Assembly: GCA_950097015.1 (NCBI GenBank)
Contig: CATNEN010000012.1
Span: 186,001 to 250,000, forward strand
Length of the DNA: 64,000 nucleotides
Direction of reading: 5' to 3'
Source: Macrostomum hystrix
Taxonomy: Eukaryota > Animalia > Platyhelminthes
The notes under the pieces are model-generated. The model was not told where the DNA came from and did no database searches. It saw only the letters and a program-made list of their open reading frames with translations. Of the stretch, positions 51,001 through 63,614 are shown one piece after another. The translations under genes and the position numbers were made by a program. Position 1 is the stretch's first letter. The number at the start of each line of letters is the position of its first letter.

Positions 51001-54000
51001 TCCTCCCCCCGACTGTTGGAACGTGGCAGTTGCAAAATTATACTTATTTTTGCCAGCTCTTCCACAACTTCTTCTCCGTGTCCCCTATAGCCTAGTTCTC
51101 CGTCTTCTTCTGCTACTTCTTGCTGAGCTGAGTTCTTGAAGTCCGCCAGCTGCGGCGTAACGGCACTTGTGTGTCCGGCTAAATTATAAGTCATGCAGCC
51201 GGGTTGCATGCTGTAGGTGCACTCACTTTTTGCCGAGGTGGTATCAGGGGACCGCGGGAGCCATGCTGCAGCCGCAGACGGGAAATATCCCCTTCCCACT
51301 AGTGGGAATTCAATTACAGGCGTAGCTAAGGCATGGCTCTGGTCCTACCCTCCTGCCGGCTCGCCAGCTTTCTGACCCCTGCAATAACTGCGGCCAATTT
51401 CAAGCTCACATGATTGTTAAATTCTCTTTGGAAAATCATTGAATGATCAATTGAGCTTATTTATAACATCACTTCATAAACATTTCTATATGCAAAACAG
51501 ACAGCAGCGATTTGCATTTTTCAATATCATGTCTAAACTACGAAGTATGAGTTTTGATTCAGGAAAATCAATTTATTAAATATTATTATGTATCCTTATT
51601 GACACCAAGTGCTTAGAGCTATGACCTCCCCTACCTCTTATCCCCATAGAATCCACGCCAAGGACATTTTTCGCGTCGCGAGAAGAGCTAGTTCAAGGCG
51701 TCCTGGGCGAGTCCGTCATCCTGCCGTGCACCTTCGTGGTGGAGCAACAGGCCGATCCGGATATCAATGCAAGTTCACTCATTCTGGGATGCGGATGTGT
51801 CATTCTGGGATGCGGATGTGTCATTCTGGGATGCGGATGTGTCATTCTGGGATGCGGATGTGTCATTCTGGGATGCGGATGTGTCATTCTGGGATGCGGA
51901 TGTGTCATTCTGGGATGCGGATGTGTCATTCTGGGATGCGGATGTGTCATTCTGGGATGCGGATGTGTCATTCTGGGATGCGGATGTGTCATTCCGGGAT
52001 GTCATTCTGTCTCTGTGTTATGCTGATGTATCATTGTGTTTTGCTGATGGATCATTGTGTTATACTGATGGATCATTGTGTTATACTGATGAATCATTGT
52101 GTTATACCGATGGATCATTGTGTTATACTGATGAATCATTGTGTTATGCTGATGAATCATTGTGTTATGCTGATGGGTCATTGTGTTATACCGATGGATC
52201 ATTGTGTTATGCTGATGAATCATTGTGTTATGCTGATGGGTCATTGTGTTTTGATGGGTTCGCAAGCCTGGTCAGCCTCAATATAGTAGTCCAATCGACG
52301 CATTGACCAGTTGATTTCGCAAATTCCCAATCCCACTGGTGCCACTGAGCCGACAAAAGGCCGGCCCGAAACCCGCAAGGCATTAGGCGGGTGGATTGGG
52401 GTCAAATCCTCAACTGGCCCGGTAGGCTCTGACCAGTGAGAAATCCATTAGAACCCGGGCCTCGTCATGAATAAATGCATGCCGGCTGCCGACCCTCCGA
52501 CTGCTCAACAGGCCCATCGAAGGCGGGACGACTAGCTCTAAATCCCCCTTTTTTGCTGCCCCATCTTCTCTCCCTCTCTCGAACATTCTTACTCCTTTTC
52601 TCCCCATTAATTTCGCGCATCGATTTCTCTCCCCTGAACTCCCTAGTCCGTGTCCTCGAGCTCCCAGCTTCAGTCATCCTTGCCGCCGCCGCCAACATCT
52701 AGACGGTGCCCGTGTTCCAAAATAAATCCCTCGCGTTCATCAGTTTTCTAAAGCCCTGCTCATGGCTGTCTCGCAGAGGCCAATCTTTTGTTTAAAGCTT
52801 CCGAGTGGTCAAGTTTGAGCACTCAAAAGATACTCGGAACTCCTCAACCCTTCCAGCCGTTCATAGGATTAATTTGCATAGCTGAGCATTTGGAAGTATA
52901 GGTCTTGTAGCAGCATAGATATAGTGTTAATAAACGCGTATTATTAATGAATCTTCCATAGTGTTCCAAGCAGTCACAGAATCTCCCATAGTGTTCCAAG
53001 CAGTCACGGAATCTCCCATAGTGTTCCAAGCAGTCACAGAATCTCCCATAGTGTTCCAAGCAGTCACGGAATCTCCCATAGTGTTCCAAGCAGTCACGGA
53101 ATCTCCCATAGTGTTCCAAGCAGTCACAGAATCTCCCATAGTGTTCCAAGCAGTCACGGAATCTCCCATAGTGTTCCAAGCAGTCACGGAATCTCCCATA
53201 GTGTTCCAAGCAGTCACGGAATCGTCCATAGTGTTCCAAGCAGTCACGGAATCTCCCATAGTGTTCCAAGCAGTCACAGAATCTCCCATAGTGTTCCAAG
53301 CAGTCACAGAATCTCCCATAGTGTTCCAAGCAGTCACGGAATCTCCCATAGTGTTCCAAGCAGTCACAGAATCTTCCATAGTGTTCCAAGCAGTCACAGA
53401 ATCTTCCATAGTGTTCCAAGCAGTCACAGAATCTTCCATAGTGTTCCAAGCAGTCACGGAATCTCCCATAGTGTTCCAAGCAGTCACGGAATCTCCCATA
53501 GTGTTCCAAGCAGTCACGGAATCTCCCATAGTGTTCCAAGCAGTCACGGAATCGTCCATAGTGTTCCAAGCAGTCACGGAATCTCCCATAGTGTTCCAAG
53601 CAGTCACAGAATCTCCCATAGTGTTCCAAGCAGTCACGGAATCTCCCATAGTGTTCCAAGCAGTCACGGAATCTTCCATAGTGTTCCAAGCAGTCACGGA
53701 ATCTCCCATAGTGTTCCAAGCAGTCACAGAATCTTCCATAGTGTTCCAAGCAGTCACAGAATCTCCCATAGTGTTCCAAGCAGTCACAGAATCTCCCATA
53801 GTGTTCCAAGCAGTCACGGAATCTCCCATAGTGTTCCAAGCAGTCACGGAATCTTCCATAGTGTTCCAAGCAGTCACAGAATCTTCCATAGTGTTCCAAG
53901 CAGTCACGGAATCTCCCATAGTGTTCCAAGCAGTCACGGAATCTCCCATAGTGTTCCAAGCAGTCACAGAATCTTCCATAGTGTTCCAAGCAGTCACGGA

Positions 54001-57000
54001 ATCTTCCATAGTGTTCCAAGCAGTCACAGAATCTTCCATAGTGTTCCAAGCAGTCACAGAATCTTCCATAGTGTTCCAAGCAGTCACGGAATCTCCCATA
54101 GTGTTCCAAGCAGTCACGGAATCTTCCATAGTGTTCCAAGCAGTCACGGAATCTCCCATAGTGTTCCAAGCAGTCACAGAATCTTCCATAGTGTTCCAAG
54201 CAGTCACGGAATCTTCCATAGTGTTCCAAGCAGTCACAGAATCTTCCATAGTGTTCCAAGCAGTCACGGAATCTCCCATAGTGTTCCAAGCAGTCACGGA
54301 ATCTTCCATAGTGTTCCAAGCAGTCACGGAATCTCCCATAGTGTTCCAAGCAGTCACAGAATCTCCCATAGTGTTCCAAGCAGTCACGGAATCTTCCATA
54401 GTGTTCCAAGCAGTCACGGAATCTCCCATAGTGTTCCAAGCAGTCACAGAATCTCCCATAGTGTTCCAAGCAGTCACAGAATCTCCCATAGTGTTCCAAG
54501 CAGTCACGGAATCTCCCATAGTGTTCCAAGCAGTCACAGAATCTTCCATAGTGTTCCAAGCAGTCACAGAATCTTCTATAGTGTTCCAAGCAGTCACAGA
54601 ATCTCCCATAGTGTTCCAAGCAGTCACAGAATCTTCCATAGTGTTCCAAGCAGTCACAGAATCTTCCATAGTGTTCCAAGCAGTCACAGAATCTTCCATA
54701 GTGTTCCAAGCAGTCACAGAATCTTCCATAGTGTTCCAAGCAGTCACAGAATCTCCCATAGTGTTCCAAGCAGTCACGGAAGCTTTCCAGTTGGTAAATT
54801 TGTTCGCGGAAACTCCTCCACTACCCCCCAGCTCAGCAACAAAAATGGCTCCCTTGTTGCTTGAAGCAGATTAATCAGGAGGCTGGTCGATTCATTTGAA
54901 ACATCGTAGCCAGGATAAATATCGCCTTGAGTTCTGGGCGCAATCAGTGTGGCGTCAAAAGTCGAGCAGATAAATAAATCGAAATCCTAATCAGCCATTG
55001 TGAGGGGTCGAAGGGGACAAGGGGCAGGCGTTTATCGATCGGCCGTGCCCTGCTCTTAATTGAATCGATTGGAAGCTCAGTCCGAAGCCCAGATTTCTTA
55101 GACAACAATGCCAGAAAATTTCATCTTCGATGGTGCTGGGTCAGTGTGATCGACTGGCTACAGAAATTAGCAAATATTTAAGAAATCTGATCAGGCTTCG
55201 ATCGATTCCTGGTGTCGATACAGTTAACTTACAATACTGGCCTGATTGCGCTACTGCGATGTCAGCTAAATGCGTGTCGATTTGAGAAAATAAAAATATT
55301 TTATACCCTCACTGATAACTGAGTGATGCCCTCACTGATAACTGAGTGATGCATTCACTGATAACTGAGTGATGCCCTCACTGATAACTGAGTGATGCCC
55401 TCACTGATAACTGAGTGATGCACTCACTGATAACTGAGTGATGCACTCACTGATAACTGAGTGATGCATTCACTGATAACTGAGTGATGCACTCACTGAT
55501 AACTGAGTGATGCACTCCCTGATAACTGAGTGATGCACTCACTGATAACTGAGTGATGCACTCCCTGATAACTGAGTGATGCATTCACTGATAACTGAGT
55601 GATGCACTCACTGATAACTGAGTGATGCCCTCACTGATAACTGAGTGATGCCCTCACTGATAACTGAGTGATGCCCTCACTGATAACTGAGTGATGCACT
55701 CACTGATAACTGAGTGATGCCCTCACTGATAACTGAGTGATGCCCTCACTGATAACTGAGTGATGCCCTCACTGATAACTGAGTGATGCCCTCACTGATA
55801 ACTGAGTGATGCCCTCACTGATAACTGAGTGATGCCCTCACTGATAACTGAGTGATGCCCTCAATGATAACTGAGTGACGCATTCACTGATAACTGAGTG
55901 ATGCACTCACTGATAACTGAGTGATGCACTCACTGATAACTGAGTGATGCCCTCACTGATAACTGAGTGATGCCCTCACTGATAACTGAGTGATGCACTC
56001 ACTGATAACTGAGTGATGCCCTCAATGATAACTGAGTGATGCACTCCCTGATAACTGAGTGAAGCTATGACTATACTGTATCTGTACACACTCTTTCATC
56101 TTCAATTTTCTGAGCTCAAGCTGGGCACTCTTGGCCACTCAAACAGAGAACATGCAGCGAGGTCCAAAAGTCACGTCATCTCACCGCAGTGTCCCAGCTC
56201 AAGCTACTCTCCTATTTCAAAGGCCAGTTAGTTATGTTTTTTGCGTCGCATAATATTATATTTGACTCCCGCCATAATGGACTCCGGTCGTTTGTATTGC
56301 GTCAGACCTCAGACCCGAACCTGAAACAGCTCTACCCGTCTCTTTTTCCCAGTTCCCAAATTTGACATTTGATGAGGCACCTCCTTCCCCAGCTTAAGTG
56401 GCCCGAAAATCTGGGGATTTTCATTCGGCCTGACTGTCTCCTGTTTCTCCCGTCTCTTCACTGAATTTCTCACACACCGGACCCATTGTCTCAGGGGGCG
56501 GGGCGGGCAGGGATTTGAGTCGCTCAAATTATTTTAGAAGATTTTCTTCTTAGCCATTCGATTTGAATTTTCCGTCATGTTGGGCAGGGAAGAACATGAG
56601 ATCAGGAATCCCATGGGAACATTTATAGACATGTTCTTATATGGCCTATTGAATGGCCGCTTTTGAAGGGTCGCATTAGAAGGCAAACTGTCTGTCAAAA
56701 ACAACGAAACAAATCGAATCACCCCATCAGTCCAGCTCTGTGACAAACTGCGCGAACCCCGCTATGGACAGTGACAGAGACCTTGGAAAGGCCAGCTAAC
56801 TTTTTGTGCGATCGAACGCTAGTTTCTTGGAAACAGCCTTACTTTCTCATCTGCATTTGCATTGCATGCCACTGATGCTTTAGTCTCCGGCACTGGAATC
56901 GCCTTCATTATCTGCCACCACAGCTTCCCGTTCCTCATCTCCTTTCCCACCTTCCCCTTCCACATCTCCCTTCCCGCCTTCCTTATCTTCATTTATCCCA

Positions 57001-60000
57001 CTCGTCAAACAAGTTCTACCCTCAATATCTCGCTTTCCCCTCAAATTTTCCCATTTTTCCCAAACTCCAGCCGCCGCGCTCCCAAGCCATTAGTGACTCC
57101 ATCAGGGGGGACAACTGGAATATTTACTTAAAATAAGAGGGCCACGCGGCCAAGTGTCCACGCATCGGTCCCTGGCGTGGGGGTGGGTGCCTACAAGACA
57201 CTTCCCATGCAGCTGCTCCCCTGTCTCCCGATTGCATCAGCCAATCGATGCCCAGTATCGATCGAGTAGAACAGTGAACCATTTTTGAGACCTCATGAGC
57301 CAAACTCGGTACAGGGCGCGAATGTCGCACGGTAACATTAGTTTTCAAAGCAATTTTGACAGCCAACTAAGTTCCATGTCATCCCCACCTAGTTTTTGAT
57401 TCCTACCTTTCTAGGAATCACCTGATCTGCCAACAGATAATAGTCGGTAGGCGGACTCCATTCCATACCAGTAGCTACACTTCAATAAAGAACTTTTAAG
57501 TTCTTAGTGACCAAAAAAATTCCCACTTTCCAACTTCCTACGAGCCCGTACGAGCTCGTACTAGCCCGTTGATATTCGCACACAGCAGAGAGATAGATAG
57601 AGAATTAGAATCATTAAGGAGCAACTTGAGACCTCTCGCCTCGTCCTCGCGTTCTTCGTTCGATTTTTTCTATATCAGAGGCGCCGGGAGGTGCAAAAAA
57701 AGATGAAGAAAATTTTAGGACTCAGAGGTGAGAAAATTTTTTTGGGTCCCAAGAAAGCACGAATTAACCAGTCGTTGATGCCTAAAATGGACGCCCCTTA
57801 AGGCTTGTTCGGACTGCAATACACACTGATCTAGCGTTACGCGACTTTTCCATATACCCTCGCTGGGGTCGTTGAAAAGAGCTTCAAAAGCATCCAATAC
57901 TAGATAGACGGATTGCTAGCCTATCCCACTGAGGAAGGATAGAATGGATTGCTAGCCTATCCCACTGAGGAAGGATAGAATGGATTGCTAGCCTATCCCA
58001 CTGAGGAGGGATAGAATGGATTGCTAGCCTATCCCACTGAGGAGGGATAGAATGGATTGCTAGCCTATCCCACTGAGGAGGGATAGAATGGATTGCTAGC
58101 CTATCCCACTGAGGAGGGATAGAATGGATTGCTAGCCTATCCCACTGAGGAGGGATAGAATGGATTGCTAGCCTATCCCACTGAGGAAGGATAGAATGGA
58201 TTGCTAGCCTATCCCACTGAGGAAGGATGAATGGATTGCTAGCCTATCCCACTGAGGAAGGATGAATGGATTGCTAGCCTATCCCACTGAGGAAGGATAG
58301 AATGGATTGCTAGCCTATCCCACAGATAAATTGACTGCGCAATTGGTACCATCGCAGCATTGAGTCTCTTCAGTCCCATTTTCCAGTCGGCTACTAGCTA
58401 AATTCTCTCTTGTCCTTGAGGTACGCATCAGAACTTGAGTATTGTGGGTCTCCCTGTGAGTCTTTCTGCTCTGTTCAACTATTCCATTTTTTCTTTGTTG
58501 GGTAAGGATCAGGCGCGAGAAGAATGGCAAAAGATGAAGACGCGAAGAAGAGGAGAGCGAGACAGAGAGGGTGGCAGTGGGTGGCACATTGTCAACAGTG
58601 GACGCGAGTCTCTAGGAAGCGCGGGCTGAAAGAGGAACAGCCAAAACAGTCAAACAGTTTTGTGTTTTAATGCTCTCATTAGCATTCTGTTTGCTAACTC
58701 AGCTAGCAAAGAAAGGGAAGTAGGCCGCTGTGCAGCTGCAGCTGCAGCTGAGATCTCCCAACTTCTGGCGACCACCATTTTACAAAGCATTCATTTGTTT
58801 TATTTTCCTCTTTAGAAGCACTATATCAGTCCTAATCCTTATGATTATAAACAAATTTATATATGCAGGTGATCTGGCAGAAGGACAAGAAGACGCTGAC
58901 TTTTAACCGAAAGCACGTCGAAGATTCCAGGCTCTCCATTGTTGCTACCGGCATTCACAGCGCCAACCAGTTCGATCTGCAAATTGCGGAGCTCAGGGCG
59001 TCGGATGAGGGCTTGTACAGATGCATTGCCAGCTTTGGAAACCAGTTCTTCATTAAGAATGTCACGCTACTGGTCAAGGGTGAGCCTCACAGTTATTGTA
59101 AATCTATCATTGGAAAACAAAAACTAAAACCCACCTCACTCCTCACCCACCTCACTCCTCACACACCTCACTCCTCACATACCTCACTCCTCACCCACCT
59201 CACTCCTCACCCACCTCACTCCTCACCCACCTCACTCCTCACCCACCTCACTTTCTATCCATCGTACTCTTAACCCACCTCACTCCTCAATCATCTCACT
59301 TACCACCCACCTACCTCCTCACCCACCTCACTCCTCACTCATCGCACTCTCCACCCACCTCACTCCTTACCCACCTCCTCACCAACCTCACTCCTCACCC
59401 ACCTCACTCCTCACCCACCTCCTCACCCACCTCACTTTCTATCCATCGTACTCTTAACCCACCTCACTCCTCAGTCATCTTACTTTCCACCCATTTCACT
59501 CCTCACCCACCTCACTCCACCCTCATCTCACTTGCCATCCACCACACTCCCACATCATTCCTCACCCACCTCACTCCTAACCCATCTCCTTACCCACCTC
59601 ACTCCTCAGCCACTCGTAAATCCTCATGAAATTCCTTCACTAATGCAGACTAAAGACTGGTATGCAAACGTAAAATGCATTTAAGATTTAATCAAACAAT
59701 ACGAAATCAATATCAAAAGCAGGCACTTGCGAATAGTAGAGAATAGCGAGAAGAAACATGATGGAAGGGGACCCCAAGATGCTTCTTCTGGTATGGCATA
59801 AATGACAACCGGACAAGTCCTCCTCCCTCCGTCCCTGTAGTCAGTCGTCCTCATTAGACTAGCGCGCTTATTCCCCTGGTCCCAGCTCCGTAGCTATATT
59901 TCGGGTTCCTCAACACCAGCCCGCCGAAGCACCCACCCCACCTCCGCAGCCAGCCGCCTGTTGCCGGGCCGCCGGCTTTAATTATTCCCGGCCTAATTTC

Positions 60001-62166
60001 GTTTTCGGCCGCGTAAATTTGCATTCTCTCGGGGAAGACGAGGCGGAGACAGTGAGAGAGAGAGGGAGGCGGGTGGATAGAGAAAGTGGGGATTTAGAAT
60101 AGTAAAAGCTTCGATGGATCATCGGCTAAGGCCTCAGAGATCAGTGCTCGGCGCTCACTTCCAGCGAGTTCGGAAGGCGTTTGCGGGTGGGACGGGGTTG
60201 CGGCCAGAGAGAGAGAGGGAAGAATGACGTTCTATTTATCCCAAGCCTCCTGTGCCAGCTGTGATTGCACCAACCGGGCTGAGAACTGGAGGAGGAGAAA
60301 AATAGGGGATTCCCTGAATCTCAGAATTAGCTTATAGAGGGATGACTGGGCAATTGAGTAATCCACGGCCAGATGTGCCTGAGTTCCGTCACACACGGGC
60401 TGCCCGATGCGGCTTTGATGCTGTCATTCAAGACACTCTGACACTGGGAAATCGCTACCGCGCTTTGTAACCATTTCAGCCAGATGTTCAACTGTCCACA
60501 TCACAATTAAAAAATGAACAGAATTTCCTGGTCCTACTACTTCATAGCTTTTTTATAGAGTTCTAAAAATATACTATATTAGACGTACTGGATCACCACC
60601 TATGAATTAGAGGCCGCCAAAATCATTCCTCCTGGTTCTATCAACCAATCAGAGACAATCAGCACATAACATTCCTCCAGAATTTCTTGTACGTCACTAC
60701 CAACCAATCAGAGATCACCAAACTCATTCTTTCAGTTCTAACATCCAATCAGAGACTGCACCTAACATTTTCCCAGAATTTCGTGTACATCACTACCAAC
60801 CAATCTGAGCCACCCAAAATAATTCCTCCAGGTTCTACCAACCAATCAGAGACGGCACATAACGTTATGTTATTACAAGAATTACTTGTATGTCTGACCA
60901 CCAACCAATCAGAGCACGTCTCTGACATTCCAACAGCATTCCATCATCTCCAGCCAATCAGAGCACGTCTCTGACATTCCAACAGCATTCCATCATCCAC
61001 AGCCAATCAGAGCACGTCTCTGACATTCCAACAGCATTCCATCATCCCCAGCCAATCAGAGCCAGCCAATGAAATTCATACAGCATTACAGCAATGCCAA
61101 CCAATCAGCGCCAGCCAAAGACACAATTTCTGTATTGCGTCACACTTTCAACTTTGCAGTTCCGCCATTCATTGAAGGCAGGCTCACCGATGAGCAGATA
61201 ACAGTAACGGAAGGAGAAAGCAAGGTGCTGGAGTGCATCTCCGGTGGCTCGCCGCCGCCCACTGTGCACTGGTACAAGCTGGTTGATCCTCCCTACGTCA
61301 AAGAGATGAACAGAGACAAAATTGGTGAGCGACTGGTTTTGAAATTGGTTGCGGAAATTATGTTTTGTTAATTTCTGTCTCAACCCGCGCTGCAGCAGTG
61401 GGCCAAGGCCAGCGGTACGTGATGAACAATGTGACCCGCAAGTGCCAGGGCTCATTCATCTGCATTGCATCGAACGATCCGAATTTATCCTCGGCAAGCA
61501 AGAGATTCAACATCACTGTGCAATGTGAGACAGCCATGCGTTTCAATTTCTTATTGATTTAGTCACTTTCAAGTCCTACAGTCCTCCAGTCACACAGTCC
61601 CCAAGTCCTCCAGTCCTCCAGTCCCATAGTCCTCCAGTCCCCAAGTCCTCCAGTCCTCCAGTCCCATAGTCCTCCAGTCCCCAAGTCCTCCAGTCTTCCA
61701 GTCCCCAAGTCCTCCAGTCCTCCAGTCATACAGTCCCCAAGTCCTCCAGTCCTCCAGTCCCATAGTCCTCCAGTCCCCAAGTCCTCCAGTCTTCCAGTCC
61801 CCAAGTCCTGAGCAGTGTCCCTGAGCATAGATCGGTTGCCTCAAAACACAGACAAGCCCACAGTGGCGCTGGTGAACGAAGAGATCAGCCAACGGCGCGG
61901 ACTCTCCACAATGGTGATGTGCGTGATCACAGGCTACCCGCTGAAGGAATTCTACTGGGAGTACCGCTCGCTGATGCTGAAACCGGTCGGCAGTGCCAGC
62001 TGCGAGTCGGCCAATCAGAAGCACTGCGTGTACACCAGCTATCCATCCAATGGGATTGTTCGCATGGATCTGCTCATTCGGAATCTATCAGCAGCAGACT
62101 TTGGTCCGTACTTCTGCGTGGCGAGATCGCAACTCGGCTCCGATAAAAAAGCGACTAATGTACTGG
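48097..62166 (+). CDS. Secreted or cell-surface Ig-superfamily protein with 3 Ig domains (lachesin/IgLON/DIP-like), 3' end not identified
   Basis: Exons 48097-48208 (signal peptide), 51650-51768, 58869-59079, 61160-61324, 61396-61524, 61852-62166. Ig1 LPC..VIW..DEGLYRC, Ig2 LEC..VHW..GSFIC, Ig3 VMC..FYW..DFGPYFC. Phases are consistent if intron 2 uses a GC donor. Confidence 0.88.
49470..49665. repeat. ~25-bp minisatellite (Ig gene intron 1)
   Basis: ctcatagattaccatagacaactag units. Confidence 0.85.
50000..50290. repeat. GA-rich polypurine repeat
   Basis: gagatgagagagggga units. Confidence 0.85.
51778..52250. repeat. Two adjacent 21-bp minisatellites at the start of Ig intron 2
   Basis: tcattctgggatgcggatgtg x~10, then tcattgtgttatgctgatgga x~11. 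Confidence 0.95.
52945..54780. repeat. 30-bp minisatellite, ~61 copies
   Basis: gaatctcccatagtgttccaagcagtcacg, with binary variants. Confidence 0.97.
55309..56060. repeat. 23-bp minisatellite, ~32 copies
   Basis: cactgataactgagtgatgccct. Confidence 0.97.
57905..58322. repeat. 36-bp minisatellite, inverted relative of 45705-46135
   Basis: gatagaatggattgctagcctatcccactgaggaag. Confidence 0.95.
59130..59615. repeat. CA/CT-rich ~17-bp degenerate repeat (Ig intron 3)
   Basis: cacccacctcactcct units. Confidence 0.85.
60640..61110 (+). repeat. Degenerate ~45-60-bp repeat carrying about 10 CCAATC(A/T)G motifs
   Basis: ca(a/g)ccaatcagag recurs from ~60642 to ~61108. Confidence 0.8.
61565..61810. 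repeat. Short-unit repeat filling Ig intron 5
   Basis: gtcctccagtccccaa units. Confidence 0.9.
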
Positions 62167-62319
62167 GTGAGACCAATTTTGCTTTTAAATTTTCTCTTCC
62201 GTTGGCCGACCTATATTTCTAGTTAGTCTAGTACAGGGTCGGCAAACTTATAAGCTAGCGGGCCAAAGAGAGAACCTAAAAGATGATAGCGGGCCGCATG
62301 GAATAAAGAAATATGTGAT

Positions 62320-62695
62320 AGGGGAGAGATGGACAGAGAACAGATGACAGGGTGAGATGGACAGAGAACAGATGACAGGGAGAGATGGACAGAGAACAGA
62401 TGACAGGGAGAGATGGACAGAGAACAGATGACAGGGAGAGCTGGACACTGGAGGGATGAGACACGTGAGAGATGAGACACTGGAGGGATGAGACACGGGA
62501 GAGATGAGACGCGGGAGAGCTGAGACACGGGAGAGATGAGACGCGGGAGAGATGAGACACGGTAGAGATGAGACACGGTAGAGATGAGACAGGGGAGATA
62601 TGAGACAGGGGAGATATGAGACAGGGCAGATATGAGACAGGGGAGATATGAGACAGGGGAGATATGAGACAGGGGAGATATGAGACAGGGTGATA
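62320..62695. repeat. GA-rich repeats
   Basis: gagatggacagagaacagatgacagg and gagatatgagacaggg units. Confidence 0.88.
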
Positions 62696-63614
62696 CTGTA
62701 GGTGTCGCAAGGGGCAACAGGCCGGATTTGGGAGCTTCGAGGGCCGCATCTGACCGGCCAGAGTTTGCCGACCTCTGGTCTAGTAGAAGCTTTGGAGCTG
62801 ATTGGCAAAGCGGTTAACGCCTTTGCCTCTCGCACCAAGGTCCCTGAGCTCGATTCCGCGGCGAGGCCACATTTATTTGGGTCGTATGAGCTGCGGAGTG
62901 AAGGCTTGGGCGCTTGTCGTGCAGTTTACGCCCTAAAGGCTAGAAGGTCAGCCCCAAAGATACAGTGAGAGAGTGTACACTGCCAGACGATTAGAAAGAT
63001 ACACGGCGAATGTACACCCCGACTGTGTGAGTGTGCTCAGGAGCCAGCAGAATAGAGGCCAGAACCGCCTCTCGCTGGCTGTCGCTAGCAATCATTATTA
63101 TACTAGCAGAAGCTAATTTTCGTTTAGATAGATACAAGTACATGTGCATGTTCCGCATAAAACTTCAGAAGTAATCGACAGTTTTGGCAGCGGAACCGCC
63201 CCGATTCCAGAAGTTTTTAAACCGGTTCCGTCAGGTACAAAAGAGCGGCTTGGCTAAATGCCCAGCCCAGCCGTGTTACTCTAGTTGTTGTTTCTTCCAC
63301 TGTCCGGTGTCTCACAGCAGTTTCTGTTGTTTTCTTTCATGATTTGAAGCAGAATTTCGTTAGTCAGCCTGTTAATTTAAACCGAATAATAATCAATCAT
63401 TCTGTTAGTTTCCTCTGACACACCGTTCGTTATTGTTTCTGCACGCCACCTGTTGCAGTTTTGCGTTCTGTTGAGTCATTGCCGAGTTGGTGTTGTTTGC
63501 GTTCTTGGTGGCACACAGTTTGGTCTGAAAATTTGCTACTCGTTTCTTGGAATATTCTGTTTAGTCTATGGTATTGGTCAATGACGCAAACTGTTTCCCT
63601 AGAGCTAAGATTAG

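Noticed and set aside
52844-54874. Three ORFs over 600 aa on both strands
   Set aside because: A 30-bp tandem repeat inside the Ig-gene intron.
62700-63600. Candidate terminal (GPI/transmembrane) exon of the Ig gene
   Set aside because: No acceptor gave a convincing phase-1 hydrophobic C-terminus. The exon probably lies beyond the window.
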